In this document: one piece after another, positions 51,801 through 63,992 of the stretch
How the letters are laid out: every line of letters begins with the position of its first letter
Numbering within the stretch: the first letter of the stretch is position 1
Made by a program: the position numbers and the translations under genes
NCBI GenBank assembly: GCA_000708835.1
Contig: DF237028.1
Coordinates: forward strand, 62,001-126,000
From: Klebsormidium nitens
Lineage: Eukaryota > Plantae > Klebsormidiophyceae
Length of the DNA: 64,000 bases
Direction: 5' to 3'
The notes under the pieces: model-generated
What the model saw: the letters and a program-made list of their open reading frames with translations, nothing else
Databases searched by the model: none
Told to the model about the DNA's origin: nothing

Positions 51801-53653
51801 CAGCATCCTCGTCATCGAGCTGGGCACTGCAGGAGACCGTCTCTCAGATTCCACAACGTCTCCGAACACGATCCAAAGTGCTCAGAGGATCTGAGCACAA
51901 AGCTTCAGTGAATCAGGCCCTCGTTTTCACAAACGCCCGACTGAGTTTCTATGAGTGGACAGTGCCCCCGAATTGCTACACGACTTCAAGTTGTGCCGCG
52001 GTCATTGTCACCACGGCGAGGATCTCAACACGTGCAGGCATACAGAATGCCCAGAAAGACAGGCACTGAAAACTTCGTTGGCAGCTGGGCACTTCAGAGC
52101 AGAGTTGCTGCACTCGACAATTGCAGCCCCCTTGCTCTGCATATACTGGATCGCAGGGCCACTTAGGAGGCCCCGTGTCATGTTCTTGCTTGAATCGAAG
52201 AATTTTCCCATCTAATCGCCACGTTTCTCTTGAGACAATTGTTCTGCACCCTTCCAGAACGAATAGGAGCTCCCCAGTCCCACTTTGCTGGGCACGCGTC
52301 AAAAAATCAATGCTCCCGTTCATTGCTTGAAGTTCACCCCGGACCGCGGCTATTGATGGGCTCCTCACCGTATGCTTGAGTACTCGTTCACGTCTCGCGG
52401 GTCCACCGCAAACACGTAGACCGCCACGCCTAGGATGACACTGATGATGGCCAAAACAAAGAAGGCAAGCCGCCAGCCGGCAATAGGGCCCAGCGCCGTC
52501 CCAGCCAGAAGAGTGGCAAACACACCACCCACGATCGCCCCTGAAAGAGACAATGTTCCGAACGCGTGAGAAGAAAGGTGCTTCAAAGTGAGCCCAGCTT
52601 GATTTTGATTGTACGTCCTTCCAATAGTATTTGTTTCTGTGTTCTCTCAGTACAACTGATGTGAAGACAGCCCTCAGTATCTTGACTAGAAAAACAACAA
52701 TCACTACAGTAACGTCCTTATGCCCCTTCCCTGGCTCCGAGTTTACATGGAGTCATCCGAGATCCGCAATAAGAGAGTTACATCAGTGCGCTCAGCAGAG
52801 CCCACCTGAGTTGCTGGTGAGTTGCAGCCAGCCAAAGCCCGCCCCCCGCTCCGCTTCTGTGCTCGCATCTGCCACCACCGACTGGATCGCCGGCAGCACG
52901 ACCGCCAGGCCCACTCCATTGATGGCGCGGGCTAGGGCGAGCTGCCAGTAGGTGGAGGAGAGCCCCACAGCTGCAGTCGCAATGCCCCACCAGATTGCGC
53001 CCAGACCGATGATGTGGCACCGGTTGTGGCGCTGAGCGAGGTATGCGGCGAGGGGGGACGTGGCAGCCTGGACGAAAAGGAGGGCCAGAGATTGATGGCA
53101 CGCCCCAAAATGAGGCGCTCTCGTTGAGTCCTCAACGTGCAAAGCTCTCTTGTAAAATTAAATGGCCAATGCTGCCAAGTGCGGCGTACAAATGAGCAAG
53201 TGAGAGAGTTCCGGGAGTCACCAAGGAGCAGAACAAGCGTACCACCCTTTAGATCGTCTTGAAAAACAAGGTGCAAGCACAGCGGTGGGCTTACCTGCAC
53301 CAGCCCCCGAATGAATGTCAGAGTGCCCAGGGCAGACGGGCTCGAGTGGAAGACCTGGCTGACTTCTTGGAAAACCTGAGACCAAAGGGAAAACGCGGTC
53401 AAAGTTTGCTTTGAGCAAGAATGTTGACACCAAATATCAGCTGTGGACACGAGACATTCATTCGAGCTCCATGACGAAAGTGGCGTCGGTTGTCATCAAT
53501 GCTAGGAATTGGGGCCCGTACAGAGATCACACGTACAGCTGGGAGGAGCGCCTCATCGGCCTTCTCGGTGATCGAGGCAAGGTTGACGAGCAGCAGTGTT
53601 CGCTGCGCCGGACTGAAGTGGTGCCAAAGCTTCTGCATTACACGTTGTGCCAT
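48829..53653 (-). CDS. Major facilitator superfamily transporter (plant spinster-like group), 8 exons
   Basis: Motifs LVNLASITEKADEALLPA, LALARAINGVGLAVVLPAIQSVVAD..RGAGFGWL, FQIIIAQGTIGSFPWNA and NNPIFAEIVPEHLRTSIYAFDRCFE, spread over GT-AG-bounded exons. Confidence 0.93.
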
Positions 53654-54189
53654 CGCCTTTCACGGGCGGTCCCTGAGATGGCTTCACCATTGGCGCTACG
53701 CCATCAATCGCAGACACGAGTGTGCACACCTTTTGCTGCCCAGTTAGAAGTTGCCCAAATTGGACTGGCTCTCAACTGAGTGATGGCAGCAACGAGGATC
53801 CGTGAAAACGATTTGCAAGGTAGAATGCCGAGCTGAGAGTCGTCCTCAACCAATGCTGATACTAGTGATAGTGAAGGGCAACACAATGCAGAACTTTTTA
53901 ACTTCCAGTTTTCGACCTTGAAGTTGGAAGAAGTCGTGCATTTCGAGTTCAAGTTCAAGTTCAATCATACCAGGTGCTTCAACTCTAGGACGTTATTGTC
54001 AAGGGGCGCCAATCGAGCTGAAAGAGGTCTTCTCTCAGCTAGTCCTGTTAGGCCGCCACACAGCCTGACAGTGACTGTTGGCTGCCATTGCACTGGTGTG
54101 CTACAATTGTGTCACTGCTTTTGATCTAAAAGAAAGAATACTTGTATTATAAAGTACCTTGGAACAAGTGTAAGGAGGAAGGTTCAAGC

Positions 54190-56527
54190 ATGCCTCCAGG
54201 ACACAGGCGCAACCGCCCACATAATGAGGGCTGGCAGGGCCGGCTACTCAACAGGACGCTAGGCGGAGGTGAGCTGTGCCGTGGAGAATGCCTGAAGGTT
54301 TGGTTGCCGCAAAGTTTGAAAGATGCAAAATCCATTGATATGCTTTTTGTCAATTGTCAAATGACTGTTTCAAAAGGTGGTCATCAGCCTGGTGGACGCA
54401 CTGCCGCGCCTCAGATGACGCCGGCATTAAGGCCCTGACTTTTGAGCTGGAAAAGCCCAATTATGCATAGAGAAGGTTTTATCTGGACTTTTGAAGCTTG
54501 TATCTGCACACAAGTCCATGGCTCAACCTCCTCTCAAAAGTAGTACAAATATTGTCCGCCACATCCAGTTTTCAACTCTTTGAAACTCAATTGTAACATC
54601 TTGCCCAGGTTACAATTGACAACTGACCGAGGGAACATGGCCTAATCCGCTCACAGCTTTTATCACGCCCAACACAAAGCCCTTGGATGGCGGTCCTACT
54701 TCTGAGTAGTTCAAGACGGGGAGACTTCTCTTGGCCAATTGAATGAAAGCCACATCACTGATTTTGCTTTCCATGTCCTCCGCTGTTCCGGAGCCAGGTG
54801 CAGAAGGGCACTTGTTATTTGAAGAAGCTCACTGATCCCTGCGCTATGTAGCTCATAGCTCAAAAGAGTGAGCTTGTTTTGCAGCTGGGGTTGGCATGCT
54901 AGGGGGCTCTTTGGTAGCTCTCTACAAGGGCCGGCCAGTCTCCACCTACACGCTGACCGTGGGGCTTAATGCAGCAATTGCCACAGCGTGCTGTTGCGGT
55001 GAGCGAGGTCTTTGCGCCCACTCTTCCCAGGTCTTCTCATGGGCGCATGATCACTTGAAAATGAAGTTGCAGCAAATGTTACTGCTTGCGGAAAGGGCGG
55101 CCTTCTCGTCTCGCAATTGAAGCTCAGACTTGTCTGCATTAGAATGATTCTTGATTGATCCGCTTAAAAGACTGCTTCCTGACCTTGAAAAGTGATAAGT
55201 TACTGGCACATTTTAAGGAGAGTTGGGGAACCTTAGAGCAGAACTCTGGGAACTTGCCTCTAAGCATTCTAATTCTTTCACTCACGCCACGAACTGTGCA
55301 ATCACAACACGGATTAGAAGGAACACATGATCGGAGCATTCTGGCTGCGTCTTATGGAGAGCCAACTGATTCGCTTAAAAGATTGCTTCCTGACCTTGAA
55401 AAGTGATAAGTTACTGGACGCATTTTAAGGAGAGTTGGGGAACCTTAGAGCAGAACTCTGGGAACTTGCCTCTAAGCATCTGATTCTTTCACTCACGCCA
55501 CGAACTGTGCAATCACAACACGGATTAGGAGGAACAAATAATCGGAGCATTCTGGTTGCGTCTTATGGAGACGGCACCAATTTTAATAAGATGTTTAGGA
55601 AGAATCTCTTTAACGCCGTTTATGCCTGATGCAGGGGCCACCGAAGCTGTGCGAGAAGTGCGTCATGGGATGGACGGATGGCAGAACGCACTTGTGGGGT
55701 CTGCAATCAGCGGAGCCTTTCTGGGGCGCTTCTGGGGTGAGCTCCTAGCGCTACTAGGAGCTCGTCAATTATTTTTGGTTTCAGTGTTGTGCTGTAGCTC
55801 CTTCGCTTGCAGAGAACGTTACTTAGTCGGGAAGCTACAGACTGAGGGTATCGTTCATCTTGCGTCGTCTCCCTGTCTGGCTTCTTCATGGCTCTCATCA
55901 TCCTGCAATGCCTGCCTTATCTGGAACCAGACAACGGAATTTATCTTTTGACAGTGTCGATAGCAGTGTCCATTAACAGTTTCGATAGAAATGTTGATTG
56001 ATGTAGGAACGCAGACTTTTTGCGAGCTGGCGTATCAAGGGGTTCTGGAGCGCCAACATACACTTTATTTCGGCTCGCTTGGCTGCTGATATAGATGTGA
56101 TAATGCCAAAGATGGCCCTGTTGAGCAAGTCGCCTATGGTCGATTAGGCTCGGCAGCTGCAGAGGAAGTTTTGAGACTTCAATATATTTTCATCTCTGCA
56201 GGTGGCCCGAGCCGAGTCCTGCCGTTTGCATTTTCCTTTGGAGTTCTTGGAGTAGCTGCCTCGTTCGCTTCAGACCAGTTGCACGAATACAAGATAAGGA
56301 GAGCACTCGTCAATTTAGAGACAGAGGAGACAGAATCGGGAAAAGCTTTACATTGTCTGGACGACCGTCAGGATGGATCGGAACGTAGAAAAGAGGAGGA
56401 AAGTGCGCCTTCCATGTGGGACTGGCTGCCGGTGCGGCGAGCATCAGAGGACGAAATCAGGAGGCGTGAAAACAAAGTGGAGGAGTCTCTTGCTTCGCAA
56501 AAACAACGGGAAAACAACGGGCATTGA
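54190..56527 (+). CDS. Tim17/Tim22/Tim23-family membrane protein, 4 exons
   Basis: Exons about 54190-54268, 54885-54998, 55632-55735 and 56201-56527 join in phase. Gly-zipper TM segments AGVGMLGG and EAVREVRHGMDGWQNALVGSAISGAFLG fit the family. Confidence 0.8.
55156..55571 (+). repeat. 211-bp tandem duplication inside intron 2 of the Tim17-family gene
   Basis: Unit TGAT(C/T)CGCTTAAAAGA...CTTATGGAGA starts at 55156 and again at 55367; the copies are near-identical. Confidence 0.95.
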
Positions 56528-57222
56528 TTGCATCAAATCCAATCTCCAGTTACTGTCACTCAATGCCAGACTTATGTTGGATGCTGATTGAATGATGCTC
56601 AGTAGGTAGTCAGCTATTCCAGCCGAAGAGGTTTGTTAGCTTGCTTAGACCAGGACTGACTCTTCGTGACGCCATAGGCTGTGCGACCGTACGGCTTCAG
56701 CATACAAACTGTGTGTTTGAGAGATGCTCGATCAATACCAACTTACACGACTGGTGTGGGGTCCTACAAAATACCATTGATATCCTTTACAGTTGCTGCG
56801 GACAAGATCCTTAAGGGTGACGACGTACGGTACTTTGACAGTACACCACCTTGATTGGATGCCTGAGTCACTTGTGTCGGTCGGTGTTGACGCTCAGTGA
56901 GCTGTGTCAGGTGAGTACGCTCCGCAGCTAGATATGGCCTTGGAACGAAACATAATCATGCATGCACCTTACTGTTTTGCATGTTAGAGTTCGTTAATTA
57001 GCAACCTACTACACCTATCATGCATCCATGAGCCTGATTCTGTAACCTGCGTGAGGCGCCTCAGACCGTTTGGAACATGCATGGTAGCCAGTACGTACAG
57101 GCTATCATCCTATATGTTAGGGCAAGGCTAGCCATGCATATACTAGCTCAACTGTATAAGAGGTGTAACATGGGGAGTCGGCGCCCCAAATCCATCTTAA
57201 CATCGTGGATTTGCAGTCAATC

Positions 57223-57949
57223 NNNNNNNNNNNNNNNNNNNNNNNNNNNNNNNNNNNNNNNNNNNNNNNNNNNNNNNNNNNNNNNNNNNNNNNNNNNNNN
57301 NNNNNNNNNNNNNNNNNNNNNNNNNNNNNNNNNNNNNNNNNNNNNNNNNNNNNNNNNNNNNNNNNNNNNNNNNNNNNNNNNNNNNNNNNNNNNNNNNNNN
57401 NNNNNNNNNNNNNNNNNNNNNNNNNNNNNNNNNNNNNNNNNNNNNNNNNNNNNNNNNNNNNNNNNNNNNNNNNNNNNNNNNNNNNNNNNNNNNNNNNNNN
57501 NNNNNNNNNNNNNNNNNNNNNNNNNNNNNNNNNNNNNNNNNNNNNNNNNNNNNNNNNNNNNNNNNNNNNNNNNNNNNNNNNNNNNNNNNNNNNNNNNNNN
57601 NNNNNNNNNNNNNNNNNNNNNNNNNNNNNNNNNNNNNNNNNNNNNNNNNNNNNNNNNNNNNNNNNNNNNNNNNNNNNNNNNNNNNNNNNNNNNNNNNNNN
57701 NNNNNNNNNNNNNNNNNNNNNNNNNNNNNNNNNNNNNNNNNNNNNNNNNNNNNNNNNNNNNNNNNNNNNNNNNNNNNNNNNNNNNNNNNNNNNNNNNNNN
57801 NNNNNNNNNNNNNNNNNNNNNNNNNNNNNNNNNNNNNNNNNNNNNNNNNNNNNNNNNNNNNNNNNNNNNNNNNNNNNNNNNNNNNNNNNNNNNNNNNNNN
57901 NNNNNNNNNNNNNNNNNNNNNNNNNNNNNNNNNNNNNNNNNNNNNNNNC
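57223..57949. other. Assembly gap flanked by an identical 30-nt sequence
   Basis: N-run; CATCTTAACATCGTGGATTTGCAGTCAATC occurs at both 57193-57222 and 57950-57979. Confidence 1.
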
Positions 57950-58347
57950 CATCTTAACATCGTGGATTTGCAGTCAATCATTGATGCAAACGCGATTCCT
58001 TTTTAAATCCTTGATGCATAACACCCGCGGTGCGCTGAGCCCATGCATGCGTCATGCATGGGTGAGTCACTGTCATGTACTGTGAGTGATGCAGTCCGAC
58101 GACTAGGTTCGATGCGAGCCTGAATTGGCGCAGACAAAGAAACAAAATCATAGAAACAAAATCCATAATGGCGTCCACTTCGAAACTTGAAGTGTGCGTA
58201 TGACTTCCTTTTGTGAAATGCGAAGGCAAAGTCTTGTGAAATATGAGAGGTATTGTTAGCTCCGATAAAGAGTTGTTACAACCCGCGCTCACCTCGTAGC
58301 AATGATCGACAATTTTGCAGTGGCAGTGCAAGAATCAGTTGTGCCTA

Positions 58348-59681
58348 TCATGCATCTCGGACAGTCAGCCGCTCAATGATATCCGAATGCTGAGGGTACT
58401 TTTCTAATAGCGGGTCTCGCTGGGCCAGCTCAAAGTCTGCAAAGTCGAAAGCTGGAGCAACCGTACAACCGACTAAGGAGTAGTGCGTTTGCGCATCCCG
58501 AGTTGTCTTCAACTCCTTCCCGTCTGCATCAACCGTCTCGTAATCTAGTGTGGGGTATGCTCCGAAGTAAACCCCGGGAGATACTACAGCTTGGAGGCTG
58601 ACGTCCAAGTTGCTTCGGGTCGGGGTGCCGAGGGCGTGCTTCGTCAGCTTCCCATTCTCGTCGATTGTTACGACCTGGAATTGGAGTGCATATAATCAAG
58701 ATCACCTTTGGCAGGCAGATGCTCTGCAAAGGCTGCTCCGCGATGTTCGAAGGTGCATAACCTTGTACAACCCGCAAAGAAGTATCCCTCCTGACTGAGG
58801 AACAAGTCATGAACGAAGTCCTGAGAAAGATACCCTTTGGAGAACCGACATTCTGTTCGACTTTCAGAAGCTTGGGGATTCATGCAAACTCACTAAACTG
58901 ACAATTGAAGCAAGCTCACCGTCAACGGCTCCCCCATGTAGAAATGCCACCCCTCAGCCGAAGGCATCTGTATGGAAGCAAACTAAATATCAAACTTCCG
59001 AACAGGGAAGGTTCAGATCCGGCAGCATGCATCCACCAATGTCCTCCGTCGGTGCCGGAATGAACACTTGCTGCCCCGTCACGCACCGCTCAAAGTGATG
59101 AAGCCCTTTCTTTGCTGGCACAGGGTATGTCTGCTCAGATGGGCTGCCGGTTATCCTTACCCTGTGGAGTCGGGAGACGCTGCCACTGGGAAGAAGGAAG
59201 TAGATGATGGTGCTGACAGGACGGTCCACAGTATCTGCACATGGGGCACCTCTTGTAACCTTCTGAAGCTTGTGCGACTACTGGCTGCCAACATAACCTC
59301 CCCAAGAGTCCAAAACGAGGTATTCATTCTTCAGAACTGCTCTGGATCAGTGTCTAGTTCTTGATCGGCATAGGAAAGAGACCATGTATAGGGGGGGATT
59401 CCTCATGCATCCAAGGCCCCGGATCAGGGCAAGACAGGATGACTTGATCGATCCCGGCAGCAAATATAGGGCGGGTTGGTCTACTCGAGCATTGCAGCGG
59501 ATTCTACTCGACTATTGCAGCACATTTAGAGGGCCGACTCACAGCCATCTGGAAGCTGGTCCTTGGACAGGTGCACACTGTCGTCCCTGAATGTCTCTTT
59601 GAAGAAGCCTCCTTCAGGATGGGGGAGCAGCTGCAGCTTGGCCACCAGCTCGTCTGTTGTCAACATGTCAGCGGCCGCCAT
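58348..59681 (-). CDS. Cupin_5/DUF985 family protein, 4 exons
   Basis: Motifs LQLLPHPEGGFFKETFR, RPVSTIIYFLL, SRLHR-MPSAEGWHFYMGEPL and YSLVGCTVAPAFDFADFEL, in four phase-consistent exons. Confidence 0.93.
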
Positions 59682-60524
59682 CTCTGACGCTGGATCTGGG
59701 AAGAGGGTTGCTGAAAGATCTCTAAACGCAATCAATCGATGGCAGACTGATCAGTCGCCGCTCTCCTAATAAATGCACTTAGAGTGTGCCTGAGCAGCTT
59801 GGTGACCACTGGAACCATTTCGACCCTCACATTCGATGATCCAGGACCAGGGGCTTGACGCAATGCTTTGAAATAAGGAGCACCGCTACGGCAATGCTGC
59901 GAAATATTGCAGTCTAACCGCAAGTGTAAAGAAAGGCGCTTTCCTGCTCGCTTCACATCTGTAACACGGGCTCTTTTGATTGAACCAGCTTACTGGGAAT
60001 GTTAGACACATCGGGCTCACCTCGTGCAGACCCTCGACCCACGCTCTGCAGAATTCTGGCAAACCCCTCAACGATTCAATTGCAGAGCTGGCCGGATCGA
60101 CGAGACGGATCGCCACCACCACTTTACCAACGATGAGCGGTGCCTAGCTAGCGCTGGCTAGCGCTGACATATGGTGAAAGCAGCTCAGCTCAGCTCTAGC
60201 TGTTCAAGGCGACAAGAAAGTCGACGAGATCTTCAGCCTCAGGATAGCTTCGGTGCTCTATTCTTCGTCCTCGATGGCCCCCGTGTTGTCTTCACCTCGG
60301 CCGTAGCGAAGGACGTCGAAAGACGGCAGCAAGCGACTGCAGTACAAGGTCCAGGGTTTTTAGCGCTCGGCAAACCGGCAGGTTTCTGGCAATATCTCAA
60401 CGACCGGCAGAACTTTGTCTTTTAAATGAAGCACCTAAATTAAACAGTGAAATGACTTGAAACGTAGGTAGTCTCCAAATGACGGTTTTCGTGCACAGAA
60501 ATTGTGCATGGCTAGTGCTACATA

Positions 60525-60818
60525 TACCGTAGTCCAAGGTAATGATTCCGAATAAATAAATAATTATCTGCATTTAGAAAGTCAGAAATTCGGATTTCGC
60601 ATTCGGAAAGTGGAAACTCGGGAAGGTTAATTATTTCTGGAATGGTCCTCGGAAGCCCGAAAACGGCAAAGTTCGGCCTCAAAATCCCCTTCCTAGTGAG
60701 AACATAGGGCATTCGGATTCTTGTCGGAATCATCATAAATAAATCCGCTTTTCTGGTCGGATTGTCGGAAAATAATTCCAAATAAAATCGTTCGGAATCA
60801 TCACGTTGGACTACGGTA
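60525..60818. mobile_element. MITE, copy 2 (290 bp, TA-flanked)
   Basis: Same length and orientation as copy 1. The right TIR is identical and the left TIR has two substitutions. The interior is colinear but diverged (roughly 80% by eye). Confidence 0.92.
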
Positions 60819-60849
60819 CTAATACTAGATGATATAGCGTGGGTGTGGC

Positions 60850-61899
60850 ATGGCGTTGAACGCCAGCACAAAGAAGATTCTTCGAGGTCTGCTGAGCCAA
60901 AAAAGCTCAAATCCAGCTTCTTGCTCTTCATTGATCTCCCTTATGCACAGCCAGAAGTGGTCGGGGCCTAGATCGCAGGTGGGCGCAGCAGTTGGTGACA
61001 ATTCACGAGCAGGTCGCAGCCTGCGAGAACACCACCAGTGCCGCACTCCACATTCCTTCCCTCAGGCTTTCCCAAAGGCACCTATCCGCCCGATCCAGAC
61101 ACCCTGCTGGCCAGAATTGCCAAGCCTTTTAGCTCGCAGGTTTTGTGTGGCTGCAAAAGCACATACCATGGCAAGCGGGGCAGGCGAAGGCACAGTCCCA
61201 CTGGTAGAAACTAGGGAACAGACAGCCATGAGTTCTCTGCCACCAGCAGAGTCTCTGGTTGCAGAGAAGAAAGCTTCGAGAAACGTGGTCAAAAAGGAGC
61301 TGCGCCAATTGAGCAAAGAGCAGAGGCAGGCGGAAGATGAGGCCATTCAGCGGCACGTCCTTGACATGGATTTTTTCCAAAAGGCACGTCGCGTGTGCGC
61401 CTACCTGGCGTGCGAGCCGCTGCGAGAGGTGGACACCAAGCGCATTGTTCCTGCTGCACTGAGCCAGGGAAAGGTCTTGTATGTGCCGCGGGTAGAGGAT
61501 AGGGCAGCGCATATGCGGATGTTGCGCATTGAAGATCCAGACAATGATACAGAGCGCAACAGCATGGGGATAGCAGAGCCGACGCCTTTGCTTCGTGACG
61601 GCCAGCCGCGTGAGGACGTAATGCAGGCCAAAGAAGCTCTAGATCTAATCCTAATGCCAGGCCTAGCTTTCGACCGGAGCGGCAAGCGTTTGGGAAGGGG
61701 AGGCGGTTACTATGATGTTTTCTTGCAGAGCTATGTGAATCTAGCTGAGTCAAAGGGCTGGAAGCGACCAATTTTGATTGCAATGTCGTACAAAGCTCAA
61801 ATCCGAGACTCAATTCCTGCTGACGAGACTGATCAACTGATAGATGGATTGATGACAGCTGATGGCCTCTTGACATTTGGTGATCAGATTGGAGTTTGA
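60850..61899 (+). CDS. 5-formyltetrahydrofolate cyclo-ligase, single exon, long N-terminal extension
   Basis: 349-aa uninterrupted ORF. Motifs AYLACEPLREVDT, LYVPRVED, DLILMPGLAFDRSGKRLGRGGGYYD. Confidence 0.95.
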   Translation: MALNASTKKILRGLLSQKSSNPASCSSLISLMHSQKWSGPRSQVGAAVGDNSRAGRSLREHHQCRTPHSFPQAFPKAPIRPIQTPCWPELPSLLARRFCVAAKAHTMASGAGEGTVPLVETREQTAMSSLPPAESLVAEKKASRNVVKKELRQLSKEQRQAEDEAIQRHVLDMDFFQKARRVCAYLACEPLREVDTKRIVPAALSQGKVLYVPRVEDRAAHMRMLRIEDPDNDTERNSMGIAEPTPLLRDGQPREDVMQAKEALDLILMPGLAFDRSGKRLGRGGGYYDVFLQSYVNLAESKGWKRPILIAMSYKAQIRDSIPADETDQLIDGLMTADGLLTFGDQIGV

Positions 61900-62802
61900 A
61901 AAAGTGAGTGTTGAGTGCGGAACGTTTAGTCGATTAGTGACGGAGGACAGTCCTGGGGCCTGGACACTTTGCAGGAGACGGATGGCTTTGACTGGTTCAG
62001 GTGCTTGAAGTGATGTACGTTCACACCCGCTTTACAGTCGTTGTCTGCTCGCACGGCCAAATTCTACGAACTTTGATCTGACGTGCTAGTGAGTGTTTCA
62101 TCAATACTGCAGACAACATCGCTTTATTGGTGCCGCAGGCTGGAAGGCTGCTGGAAAGATGAGTTTTGCATGCGATTGTGCAGCAAGAGGTGTGGATTCC
62201 TTGTAACCTGAAGTTGTCATGCGCGCAAACTGAAATAACATGTAGAGTGCTGATTCGATCTCATGCCAGGGGTCATATATGCACTTAATGTATACAGCTC
62301 GATCCTTGACATCTAGGTGCGCAAATACTCATTGAACCAGGCAGCGCATGTGTCGTTGATCAATTGATCATATGTGTGCCAGTACATGTGACCCGGCTTC
62401 CAAGGCTGGTACATGCAGTTGATCATTTTCTACTAGATCGTTCTTAACTAATCACACAATAAAGCACGACAAGTGCTCTGTTGCCAACATCAAATGTAAG
62501 AGCAAGTAAAAGTCCCTCAAGGACGGTGCCAAAGACACGTCAAGCTCTACGAAGATACAGAGCTTCATAAGTTCGCACTAGAGGTTTATGTACATACAAA
62601 ATCCTGAAAGCAACCTGCATTTTCAGCATAGACTTGGACAAGATGGGAATCTCAGTAGGTCCTGGCTGTGAACGATATGAAAAGAAACATGCCAACGACT
62701 CCGGCTTTGTATGTACAGTTTCTACAAGCAATCCGTTCCCTCTGATACCTTGATGCGATTTGTCGGAAGTTGGAAGATATACACAGGCGAGACCTAGCCA
62801 TA

Positions 62803-63992
62803 TTACACACTGCTTTTCTCCATGTTGTTGCTCCTCTCCGTCGTGTGAGCAATTTCGTCGATGGCCTGACTCACGTCCTCCTTCTTCCCAGTGAAGGTGC
62901 GCGTTAAGGACTCCACTGTCGGCATCTTCAAGTTAGCAATCTTTTGCATCGTTGGAGTGTCCCGGATGGAAGGCCCGTCCTTCGTCATGTTGATGATGGT
63001 CCCAGGAGTGGCGATCAAGCCATTGACCGTATTGGTGCCCAGCTCCAGAGCACCACCGATAGGCTGCAAGGATCCATGGCCTTGCTGAGGGTTCATCATC
63101 AATAATCAAAGACTCCCAACCCTCAGCATCTTCGACTTGCACATGCTATGATAAGATCGTGCTCAGCTTCGGCAAACAGATTCAGCTACATACAGGCAAA
63201 TGAAGGGACCATTAGAAGAACGATCGGACTCATTGAGCCCCAGATATCGATTCGAAGTCGAGGGAATGGACTTACTTTGCAAAACGCTCCGGCGAGCCCC
63301 TTGGCAAAGCCCTTGGCGATGGCGACTCCAGCAATACCAGGGGAATCCCTTTGATGCGTCCTCGCCGCCTTCATTGGCTCTGTCTGCACAAGGACCAGGA
63401 GAGCGTTGTGATTCTTGAACATAAGACTTGCTTGTCAGGCCTTCCTGGGGGTAATTTGTGCTTGTACATGATGAATGTGGTCCGTGAAATGAGGGGTCAA
63501 AGACGGCCTTCGAGTGGCAGCTGCTCAAGTTCGCAACAAAGAACAGCTATAGACCGTGAAAGTATCAAAGAATCGGTACCAAAACTCCTTCCGTCAACAA
63601 AACAGCATAATGACTCCATTGACACCACAGCTTCATCAGAAACGGAGATTTCTTAAGAGAATACCAACTCAAAAGCAACTGAGTAAGCTCGAGATGAAGT
63701 CCGCTCAAGGGGTTTTCAACGATGTAGCGGAGTCACAATCGAAGTACTCACGACCAGCCCAGCTACCCCATCGTACACCCCGCTCCCAAGGCTCTTCATT
63801 CCATAGAAAAGGCCCTCCCCCACATGCACAGGCTTGTCGTGTGGCTCATCACGCAAGAAGGCCGGCTTCGCAAGCTCGATGCGACCTTCAGGCGTTGACG
63901 ACTGCACGAAATGATTGTGGCCAACGTCAGTGTCTCCAAAAGAATTTTCTCACCACGAAGGAGACTAGAGTAGATGCTTCTGCCCAGAAGAC
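62803..63992 (-). CDS. 3' end of a gene ending in an ATG2/VPS13 C-terminal (ATG_C)-like Gly-rich amphipathic region; partial
   Basis: Phase-0 exons 63992-63954, 63901-63752, 63383-63276 and 63063-62803 give ...GEGLFYGMKSLGSGVYDGVAGLVTEPMKAA...GFAKGLAGAFCKPIGGALEL..., matching the ATG_C pattern as I recall it. Upstream exons are off the window. Confidence 0.65.

Noticed and set aside
57193-57979. 30-nt direct repeat flanking the second gap, suggesting a TSD or LTR
   Set aside because: Exact identity right at both contig ends is the usual sign of an unmerged overlap. Cannot be assessed through Ns.
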